Assembly (NCBI GenBank): GCA_021772215.1
Contig: JAJFMK010000154.1
Span: forward strand, 1 to 40,267
Source of the DNA: Chlamydiota bacterium
Lineage (GTDB): Bacteria > Chlamydiota > Chlamydiia > Chlamydiales > JAJFMK01
Length of the DNA stretch: 40,267 bases
Direction of reading: 5' to 3'
A model generated the notes under the pieces. The model did not search any database, was not told where the DNA came from, and saw only the letters and a list, made by a program, of their open reading frames with translations. Positions 7,929 through 15,324 of the stretch are shown here, one piece after another; the first letter of the stretch is position 1, and each line of letters starts with the position of its first letter. A program made the translations under genes and the position numbers.

Positions 7929-10900
7929 ATGCAGCTTACAAAATGGTTTCCAAAAAACACCTATTTTTTACGCGCTGATGCTGAGACGTTGTCTCCTCAA
8001 TTTAAAGACCGTTCAGTCGGTCAAATAGGCAGAGGCTCCGCTCTGCTTAGCGCTGTTGTCGGGTCGATGTTCTTAGGGCTTGCAAGGGCTGCAGAGACGG
8101 CAACTTCTGATTTGGGTGGCCGTATTGAAAGACGAGCTGGAGAAGCTCCAGAAGCCTTACTGGATATTCCCCCTAAGTCAGTATTTCCTAATACTCCTTT
8201 TTCGTTGAAAATCTCACCAAGAGATTACTTTCTCGATACTGACTCTGCAGGATTTAAGATTGAAGTTGTTGAAAAAGGTAAGAACACCTTACCAAACTGG
8301 CTACATTTAGATATTGAAGAAATCCATTTTCTAGGAACATATGACACTGATAACGCCTATGAGGTGGAAGTTATCGGTAATTTAGCCTATATTGCAGATG
8401 GGGAATCGGGTTTAATTATTATCAATGTTAGCAATCCCTCTGCCCCTTTTTTCGTGGGGTCATTTAACACAGCTGGCATAGCCTCTGGGGTGGATGTTGT
8501 GGGCAATTTTGCCTATGTTGCTGATCGTGACTTCGGCTTACAAATCATCGATGTGAGCAATCCTTCTATCCCTTTATTAGCGGGATCATTTGATACACCA
8601 GGAAATTCTGTGGGGGTGGTTACCGTTAACAATTTAGCCTACGTCGCTGATCTCGGCTCCGGCTTGCAAATTATTGATGTGAGTAATCCTTCTAGTACCA
8701 ATTTAGTAGGTTCATACAACACTCCAGAAAACACCTATGTCGCAGTTGTTGTGGGTAACTTTGCCTATATTGCTGATGGTGAATCTGGCTTACAAATCAT
8801 CGACGTCAGTAACCCTACTGCTACCAACCTAGTAGGATCATTTAATACACTGGGAGTGGCTTCTGGAGTGGATATTGTAGGAAATTTTGCCTATGTTGCA
8901 GATGGTGACTTCGGTCTGCAGATTATCGAAGTAAGTAACCCTTCTGTTCCTCATTTAGTGGGGTCGTATGATACACCAGGTAGAGCCTACTGGGTAAAAG
9001 TTGTAGATAATTTAGCCTATGTCGCAGATCGCGATTTTGGAATACAGATTATTGATGTTAGTAACCCTTCTGATCCCATCCTAGCAGGATCATATGATAC
9101 TCCAGGTAGCGCTAACGAAGCGGAAGTTGTCGGCAATTTTCTCTACATTACTGATTTTGATTCTGGCCTACAGGTCCTTGAACTGGATCTGCTGCTATCA
9201 GGAGTTCCCAGAACAGAAGATATTGGCAATTACGAATTAGAACTCTTTGCCGAAGACCCCGATTTCAACCAAGCCTCCTCATTTTTTTTAGTGCACGTTG
9301 AAGGTCCCCCATCGATAGCTGGCACCATCACAAATCAGCTTACAAAAATAGGGGATCCCTTTAGCTACTTTATTGACCAAGCTGTTTTTCCAGACCCTAA
9401 CAATGACGTTGTCTATTACTCTGCAAAAATAACTGATCAAACCGATCTACCCTCCTGGCTCAGCTTCTCTCCAATTGGAATTTTCTCCGGTACTCCTCAA
9501 TCTTCAGATTCCGGCATATACGACATCCAGATTTCTGCCTTTGACGGGATTGTATCAAGTAGCAGCGATTTAACCTTTTCGCTGACCGTTGACCACTTCC
9601 CACAACTTTCAACCCCCCTTATGAACCATGCAACTGATATTGACGCCCTCTACTCCTTCACGATGCCGCCTCAAACTTTTACAGATAAAGATATCGAGGA
9701 TACCCTCACCTACTGCGCAACACTAGCAAATGGTGATCCTCTACCCGCATGGCTAAGCTTTAACCCCACAAACCATCAATTTTCCGGAACCCCTACTTTA
9801 AGCGACGCCGGATCATTTTCAATAAAATTAACTGCTACAGATACTCCAGGAGCCGTCGCCTCAGCTTTGTTTAATTTAGAAGTGGAGAATTTTCCAAGCC
9901 TCCAAAGCCCCATCCCTGATCAGCTCATAGCTATAGGAATACCGTACGTATATGTTCTACCAGGCAATACATTCATTGATATAGATGGAGATCCCTTAAC
10001 CTACCGTGCAACAAAAACAGATGGAGGCGTGCTTCCAGCGTGGCTTGGTTTTATAGGTTCCAGGCTCGAATTCCAAGGGACGCCGCAACCCTCTAACAAA
10101 GGCTTAACCTCTCTAAAGGTAGTTGCAGAAGATCCCAAAGGAGGAGCAGCAACAAGCCTATTTAACCTAAATATCGTTGATGCCCTCTCTCAAGAGTTCG
10201 CACGTATTGGGGGCTCCTTTGTCTATCAAATCCCAGAGATGATCAACCTTCCCCAAGGTATCATTACTCATACTGTTACCCTAGGTGACAGATCCCCATT
10301 GCCAGCTTGGCTACACCATAACCCAGCTACAAATATTTTAACTGGCCTTCCCCCAAGCAATTCTGAAGGAGTCTATAACATCTTAGTCGTTGCTGACGAT
10401 AGCGTGCTGGAACCGAGCCTTGGAGTTCTCTCCTTAACTGTCGGACACAATGCAGCACCGAAAGTAGTAAATCCACTCTCCAATGAAGTAGCACAAGTAG
10501 GGCAGACCTTCAGGTTAGTGGTTCCTGACAATACCTTCGCTGATCCTAACGAAGACTCCCTCTTACTAAGCGCTTCGCGGGTCAATGGACGAACGCTTCC
10601 CTCATGGCTCACTTTTAGTGTCAGAACTTTGGAAGGAAAACCTGGCCCTGGCGATACCGGCCCCTTCAGTGATAAAACAGTTCCCCTACAAATCTGCGCC
10701 ACAGATAGTGACCAGGAAGCTTGCAGCGTCTTTGATCTTAGTGTGCAAGGCACATCGAATGAAGAGAGAGCTCTATCTATTTTTGCCCCCCTTTTTGCTA
10801 TTGGAGGAATAGCTTATGGTTGGTTCAACAAAAGAGGTTTCCTCATCAACCCCTGGAATCGCAAAAATTATGACAAGGGCTTTAAAAATTTAGCCATCGG

Positions 10901-11315
10901 CGAGCAATTTAGTTACAAGTTCGAGGTTCCACAAAATAAAACAAGGTTAGTTAAGGCTTTTAAAGGAAAGAAGATGTTTGCTGGACTCCCAGCTCTAAAA
11001 TCTTTAGATCAGAAGGGCTACCTGGAATGGCTTAAATTTGACATGCCTATTTCTAGCGGAAGCTTGCTTCCTGACTGGTTAGAGTTTAAAGTAGGATACA
11101 ATCTCCTCAAAAGTGAGAAAGGACCCGATCAAGTAGATGCAGGCCTTTATACCGTTCGCGCCTATGGAGATGGCGAAGTCATCTTAGAGGAAATTCGACT
11201 AAAGGTCGGTGACCAATCAGAGAGTGGAACTGAACTGACGACTAGGAAAAGAAAAACAGGTAATGACCCCTCATCTGGTATGGTTCCTCTGCTAGAGGAT
11301 GAGGATAATGCGTAG
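7929..11315 (+). CDS. LVIVD-propeller / He_PIG membrane protein, paralog 3 (1128 aa)
   Basis: ATG ORF with the same collinear architecture: GSALLSAVVGSMFLGLARA, 7 canonical blades, 5 further He_PIG modules, Cys pair ICATDSDQEACSVF and TM ALSIFAPLFAIGGIAYGWF. The 3' end is almost identical at DNA level to paralog 2 (11151-11227 vs 7448-7524, one mismatch by my reading). Confidence 0.9.
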   Translation: MQLTKWFPKNTYFLRADAETLSPQFKDRSVGQIGRGSALLSAVVGSMFLGLARAAETATSDLGGRIERRAGEAPEALLDIPPKSVFPNTPFSLKISPRDYFLDTDSAGFKIEVVEKGKNTLPNWLHLDIEEIHFLGTYDTDNAYEVEVIGNLAYIADGESGLIIINVSNPSAPFFVGSFNTAGIASGVDVVGNFAYVADRDFGLQIIDVSNPSIPLLAGSFDTPGNSVGVVTVNNLAYVADLGSGLQIIDVSNPSSTNLVGSYNTPENTYVAVVVGNFAYIADGESGLQIIDVSNPTATNLVGSFNTLGVASGVDIVGNFAYVADGDFGLQIIEVSNPSVPHLVGSYDTPGRAYWVKVVDNLAYVADRDFGIQIIDVSNPSDPILAGSYDTPGSANEAEVVGNFLYITDFDSGLQVLELDLLLSGVPRTEDIGNYELELFAEDPDFNQASSFFLVHVEGPPSIAGTITNQLTKIGDPFSYFIDQAVFPDPNNDVVYYSAKITDQTDLPSWLSFSPIGIFSGTPQSSDSGIYDIQISAFDGIVSSSSDLTFSLTVDHFPQLSTPLMNHATDIDALYSFTMPPQTFTDKDIEDTLTYCATLANGDPLPAWLSFNPTNHQFSGTPTLSDAGSFSIKLTATDTPGAVASALFNLEVENFPSLQSPIPDQLIAIGIPYVYVLPGNTFIDIDGDPLTYRATKTDGGVLPAWLGFIGSRLEFQGTPQPSNKGLTSLKVVAEDPKGGAATSLFNLNIVDALSQEFARIGGSFVYQIPEMINLPQGIITHTVTLGDRSPLPAWLHHNPATNILTGLPPSNSEGVYNILVVADDSVLEPSLGVLSLTVGHNAAPKVVNPLSNEVAQVGQTFRLVVPDNTFADPNEDSLLLSASRVNGRTLPSWLTFSVRTLEGKPGPGDTGPFSDKTVPLQICATDSDQEACSVFDLSVQGTSNEERALSIFAPLFAIGGIAYGWFNKRGFLINPWNRKNYDKGFKNLAIGEQFSYKFEVPQNKTRLVKAFKGKKMFAGLPALKSLDQKGYLEWLKFDMPISSGSLLPDWLEFKVGYNLLKSEKGPDQVDAGLYTVRAYGDGEVILEEIRLKVGDQSESGTELTTRKRKTGNDPSSGMVPLLEDEDNA

Positions 11316-11381
11316 GAAAACAACAAACAGCTTTGGTGGAGATTCAAATTTGCCAATATTAAAGCGCGATGGAAAACTAAA

Positions 11382-11575
11382 ATCTAGGAGGGACTTGCAA
11401 AATTGCTTTGCCTGGAAAAAATGGGGATTTTAAAGCATATTTCAAGTGACAGTGAAGCTGCCACGGTCAATTCGACGAGGTTGACCCTTGAGGGTCAATT
11501 GAGGAGAAGAGACGAAAATGGGCTTTAAAAGGGCATTTTTAACGGGCGAATGAGTTTTGCAAGTCCCTCCTAGAT
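11382..11575. repeat. 194-bp non-coding element with perfect 21-bp terminal inverted repeats (MITE-like / long hairpin)
   Basis: 11382-11402 ATCTAGGAGGGACTTGCAAAA is the exact reverse complement of 11555-11575 TTTTGCAAGTCCCTCCTAGAT. The arms continue inward with imperfect complementarity (tggaaaaaatggggattttaaagc vs gctttaaaagggcatttttaacg). The centre has small palindromes (ggtcaa..ttgacc, gaccct tg agggtc). There is no credible ORF. Confidence 0.7.
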
Positions 11576-11601
11576 CAAAGGTAAAACGTGGTCCAAATGC
11601 A

Positions 11602-11835
11602 AGGATGACTCCCAAATACCATCCCCCCGTCAACTAACCAGCCACCTACATAGTCTCCCTTCTAGATGGTGCTCCACTTCCCACATAACTACACCGCAAC
11701 CCAACCACTAACATATTAACTGGCTCTCTCCCAAGTGGCTCCGAGGGAACCTACAGCATATTAGTCAACTCTTTCGATAGCGCACGATAACCTGTCCTAG
11801 GGACCCTCTCCCTACATTTTGAACACAATCCTAAA
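11602..11835 (+). pseudogene. Decayed internal fragment of a fourth + strand LVIVD/He_PIG paralog
   Basis: The frame starting at 11638 reads PATYIVSLLDGAPLPT*LHRNPTTNILTGSLPSGSEGTYSILVNSFDSAR*PVLGTLSLHFEHNPK. Paralog 2 reads PVTYTVSLGDGSPLPIWLNYNPVTNVITGIPPSNSEGTYSILVSADDGVQTPVLGTLSITVVSNAAPK. In-frame stops lie at 11635, 11686 and 11788, and no flanking family sequence is present. Confidence 0.75.
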
Positions 11836-11975
11836 TCAACAAAATGGATTGAAAGGGCAAGAAGCGGCCCACACTAGTTAATCACTGTCTCTATAAAGGG
11901 TTTGTACGAATCCTTCTTTTTTTAAACTCCTGCGGATGGTAAAATCCGCCCTTTACCGATCAAGCTGGGGTTGAT

Positions 11976-13061
11976 ATGTCATTGATGAGGTTAACACTAA
12001 GCACAGCTATCAAGGGGAATTTCACTGCTTCCCTCCCCCCTTCTTTAGGGTCACCAATTACAAAAGCCGGAGCACTATTTTCTCCTCGTTCTTTTTCAAC
12101 GACATTAGCTGGCAAAAGAGTTTGTGTATGCGGAGCCAAACTACCATCAGTAGAAACAATCATCGGTTTGTATAAAGCAAGAACTCTTAAAACCATTACT
12201 CAGATGGTTAGCTGCAAGCAACTTTCCTCATATGATTTTAATCGAAAAAGAAACTGCGAGCTCACCACAGAACTCGATAGAATCTCCGCTCTAATGCTTA
12301 CTTCCTTTGAGGATGTTGTTTATCTAGATAATGAACCATTTGTCATGTTAGAATCCTTAAATGATATTCCTGAAGGAGATCTTGGTGATTTAACAGGAGA
12401 TCATGGAAAGCAAGTCTCAAAATTTATAAAGCACTGTCTAGAGAAGAGACTAATTACCTATATTGGATCTCTGATAGATGTAGGTGGTCAAAACAGCTCT
12501 ACAGTTCTTCGGGTAACGAAAGCTTTAGGATATTCTACTCTCCCTTCAATAATTGTGGATTTAAACTCTACTACACCAGCAGTTAGCTCCAGTCAACCTA
12601 GTATAAAATATGCTATTGGAGATGCTTGTAATTTTTTCCACTCAGAAAAATATCAAGACTGCACTAAAGATATAATTGATAAAAAACCCACTTTGGTGTT
12701 ATTTAACAACATTTTAAATGTCCTTAAAGCAGAGGATGGATGGGACACTTTAAAGGCTGCATGGTCTCGTCTACGTAGTGGTGATTACCTATTTATCAGT
12801 GGCCTTGTCCCTGAGCAGCTAGAAAAATACGGCATGAAAAGAACTCATGAGTTAGACGGTATTGTAGAATTTCATAACAGAAATACATTCTATAAATCGG
12901 CCATTTTGCCAAATTTTTCCGATTTTATTGAAGTTAATCTTAAAAATTCATCAGTGCTAGTAAAGGAAACTTTTTCCCACACCATCGAAACAAAACGATA
13001 TAGCACGACAGAAGTTCAAGGTTACCGCTTATTCGCATTAAGAAAAAAAGTAATCAAATGA
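11976..13061 (+). CDS. Class I SAM-dependent methyltransferase-like protein (O-methyltransferase-type motifs); true start uncertain
   Basis: 361-codon ORF. The motif order fits O-methyltransferase family 2: LIDVGGQNSS (motif I, cf. VDVGGGxG), IIVDLN (post-I acidic), AIGDACNFF (cf. GDMF), LVLFNNILNVLKAEDGWDTLKAAWSRL (cf. hhLHDWsDe..hL) and SGDYLFISG. The first ~75 codons are low-complexity and overlapped by an antisense ORF, so an internal ATG (12204, MVSCKQ...) may be the real start. Confidence 0.55.
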   Translation: MSLMRLTLSTAIKGNFTASLPPSLGSPITKAGALFSPRSFSTTLAGKRVCVCGAKLPSVETIIGLYKARTLKTITQMVSCKQLSSYDFNRKRNCELTTELDRISALMLTSFEDVVYLDNEPFVMLESLNDIPEGDLGDLTGDHGKQVSKFIKHCLEKRLITYIGSLIDVGGQNSSTVLRVTKALGYSTLPSIIVDLNSTTPAVSSSQPSIKYAIGDACNFFHSEKYQDCTKDIIDKKPTLVLFNNILNVLKAEDGWDTLKAAWSRLRSGDYLFISGLVPEQLEKYGMKRTHELDGIVEFHNRNTFYKSAILPNFSDFIEVNLKNSSVLVKETFSHTIETKRYSTTEVQGYRLFALRKKVIK

Positions 13062-13220
13062 GCACGGTAGCTTATTTCTGTTAAGGGGATGCTGATTAAT
13101 TCTGTAGCGACTCATCTTTTTGAGGAGCTCGCGTACGTTGGTAGTGGATTGCTTAATGAAATTGGCCAAAAGGGAACGAAAGGGCGTAAAAACAACCCAC
13201 ATGAATTATTCTAGGTCCCT

Positions 13221-13580
13221 TTAAGTCATCTCTGAGGGGTTGCCACCATACTCTTGGTGCTTATATTGTGAATAAAGCGATAAGCAGAACCGATCATATG
13301 CCTTAAAGATCCTCTCCTCATCGCTTCCGTAAGTAAGCTTTGCCGCAGGAGACTCCTTAAAGCTTTCCCAACTTTCTATATACCTATCACGAAAATCCTT
13401 AAACGGTAAGAGACCGTCCCTGCCTTCGTTTTTCATCTTTTCTACCCTTTGAGCCGTGGCATAAGACTGATAACTATAACGCCCCCATAAGTTTAGACCA
13501 ATTTGGGGTCTAACCAGACACCTTAAAGATGATAAGCCTAAAAATACTCCAGTACTCATAAACAGTCCTCCCTGTTTCAT
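13221..13580 (-). CDS. Small hypothetical protein with N-terminal hydrophobic segment (119 aa)
   Basis: ATG ORF. The N-terminus GGLFMSTGVFLGLSSL is hydrophobic. A degraded second copy at 7628-7819 argues that this is a real gene family. I recognised no functional motif. Confidence 0.55.
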   Translation of the reverse strand: MKQGGLFMSTGVFLGLSSLRCLVRPQIGLNLWGRYSYQSYATAQRVEKMKNEGRDGLLPFKDFRDRYIESWESFKESPAAKLTYGSDEERIFKAYDRFCLSLYSQYKHQEYGGNPSEMT

Positions 13581-13694
13581 TAACCCAATTTTACTTGCTC
13601 ACGTCTAAAAAATCAATTAATCCGTCAAACTGGAGATTGAACTTAATCTGCAATATTTGCTATACCACTCATATAACACATAGTTGCACCTAAT

Positions 13695-13700
13695 AAGGAG
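13695..13700 (+). promoter_or_regulatory. Shine-Dalgarno AAGGAG for the 13707 gene
   Basis: aaggag lies 6 nt upstream of ATG 13707. A weak candidate promoter, TTGAAC (13637-13642)-N18-TATACC (13661-13666), lies upstream. Confidence 0.6.
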
Positions 13701-13706
13701 AAGAAA

Positions 13707-14180
13707 ATGAAAGAAAATGTTATGCAGACTGTATCTCAAAGCGTTAATTGTAAAAGAGAAATTTTGCTAAAAAGCGTTGTCACAGAAGACTTTAAAATTG
13801 ACCTAGCGAGTGAATTAAGGGGCGCTATAGAGAACTTGAAAAATCAGATTCAGCAGATTTCTCAAATACTAAAACAGCAAAAAGATAAGGGACATGACCT
13901 CAGTCAGCTTGAAAATGAGCAGAAGAAGATGGCTGTGCAGATGAAGATGATGCAGGATCGCCTAGACGGTGTGAAAGACCTTAAAGTCGGTGATATGTAT
14001 ACAACAGGGTCAATCGAAGGCCACGCACAGCTTCGTATTGGTGATGACATTCGTGAAAAGCTGAGTCCTGTTGAAGTGATCTCTAAAAATTATATCGTGC
14101 AGGAGATCACAATGGGTGCAAAGCCTAAAAAAGCTGAAAAGAAAGCGATATCTCAAAAACCTCAGCCCGTAAAGATTTAA
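13707..14180 (+). CDS. Hypothetical coiled-coil protein with lysine-rich tail (157 aa), first gene of a coupled trio
   Basis: ATG with a strong SD. The central heptad-like region reads LKNQIQQISQILKQQKDKGHDLSQLENEQKKMAVQMKMMQDRL and is followed by a beta-rich segment. From memory, this layout resembles the YlqD family (low confidence). The stop TAA is followed after 1 nt by the ATG of the next gene. Confidence 0.65.
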   Translation: MKENVMQTVSQSVNCKREILLKSVVTEDFKIDLASELRGAIENLKNQIQQISQILKQQKDKGHDLSQLENEQKKMAVQMKMMQDRLDGVKDLKVGDMYTTGSIEGHAQLRIGDDIREKLSPVEVISKNYIVQEITMGAKPKKAEKKAISQKPQPVKI

Positions 14181-14181
14181 A

Positions 14182-15324
14182 ATGACCACAAAACTCGTTG
14201 ACCCTGCCGTAGTTGGAGTCAGATCTATTGATCAAAACCCAACCTATCCTGTTACTAACGAAAGATATAAAAAATTAGATCAGCACCCTCAATGGGCCCT
14301 ATTTTCTAAGGCGCTCGAGGGGGCTGCTATCTCTCTTCAACAGCTCCGTGATGCGGACTTTAAGCTACCAGACTTACGCGCTATCGAAGCGTACCACAAA
14401 TCAGTGGCTGCTTACCCCCAAACCTTTCATCCACACCGCATCGGCCTTGCTATGCCTGGAGAAGATGGCAAGCTTAAGATTGTCGAGGGGCTAGATGCTA
14501 CACGAATGGGCTATGCCCAAACTCTTACGCCAGTCACAATGACAGGAATGCCTTTCGAAAAGGAAGCCTTTATGGCTCAGACCCCTGAGAAACAAAGGGC
14601 GATTGCTGTCAAAGACTTCGAGCAGGGTAAACTCCTCTATAACGCCACCAAGCTTGAGCAGGGCGCCGATATGCCCGCTACCATCCTCTCACAAGGACCA
14701 CAAAGTGAAGCGACCGCTTCTGTCTTCTTAAAGATGATCGTGGATGCCAAGGTGACGCACATTGTCGCTTTAGGGGCATTACGTACAGTCTCCCAATTTT
14801 GTTCTTACTGGCCGTCTACAAAGGGCGCCTCAGTTAATGCCTTGGGAGCAACCATAAAGCTCTTAGATGAAGAGGTGATTGCTACCGACGTTGATAAATG
14901 GCAAAAGCTCGTCAAACGCACTTTGCAGCTCGACATTGTCAATGTGGGCAGCCGAAAAATTACACAATACCACTGGATCGGCTATGATTTTTCTGACCAG
15001 AAGCCCTCTTTTCCTGTTTTAGATACTCTTCAAGAGAGGCTTCTTGAACTAACAAAAGACGAAACGCTTCTCATCCACTGCCATGACGGGATGGTTCGCT
15101 CATCGACTGTGGCTCTATCATTTTTTGCCTTGAAAGATCTAGAGCGCCAAAAAGATAAAGATAGAATCTCAGTCAACCCCCTAGACCTCGCTTTTCGTCT
15201 CTATACAGAGAGGCCTGCCGTTGAAAAGGGATCTGATGTTGAGACTGTCTATCAGTACCTCCGAGAAAAAGGAGTTGAGAGGCTCTTTGACGAAGATCAT
15301 TACGCCGATGCAACAGACGAATGA
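14182..15324 (+). CDS. Classical (eukaryote-like) protein-tyrosine phosphatase
   Basis: The P-loop LLIHCHDGMVRSST matches [IV]HCxxGxxR[ST], with the catalytic Cys codon at 15079-15081. The other motifs are in the expected order: TNERY (KNRY-like pTyr loop), YHWIGYDFSDQKPSFP (WPD-loop-like) and TVYQYL (Q-loop-like). There is no N-terminal signal peptide. Confidence 0.85.
   Translation: MTTKLVDPAVVGVRSIDQNPTYPVTNERYKKLDQHPQWALFSKALEGAAISLQQLRDADFKLPDLRAIEAYHKSVAAYPQTFHPHRIGLAMPGEDGKLKIVEGLDATRMGYAQTLTPVTMTGMPFEKEAFMAQTPEKQRAIAVKDFEQGKLLYNATKLEQGADMPATILSQGPQSEATASVFLKMIVDAKVTHIVALGALRTVSQFCSYWPSTKGASVNALGATIKLLDEEVIATDVDKWQKLVKRTLQLDIVNVGSRKITQYHWIGYDFSDQKPSFPVLDTLQERLLELTKDETLLIHCHDGMVRSSTVALSFFALKDLERQKDKDRISVNPLDLAFRLYTERPAVEKGSDVETVYQYLREKGVERLFDEDHYADATDE

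Noticed and set aside
11442-11633. A 63-codon minus-strand ORF
   Set aside because: It lies within the MITE-like inverted-repeat element and the pseudogene relic, so it is most likely fortuitous.
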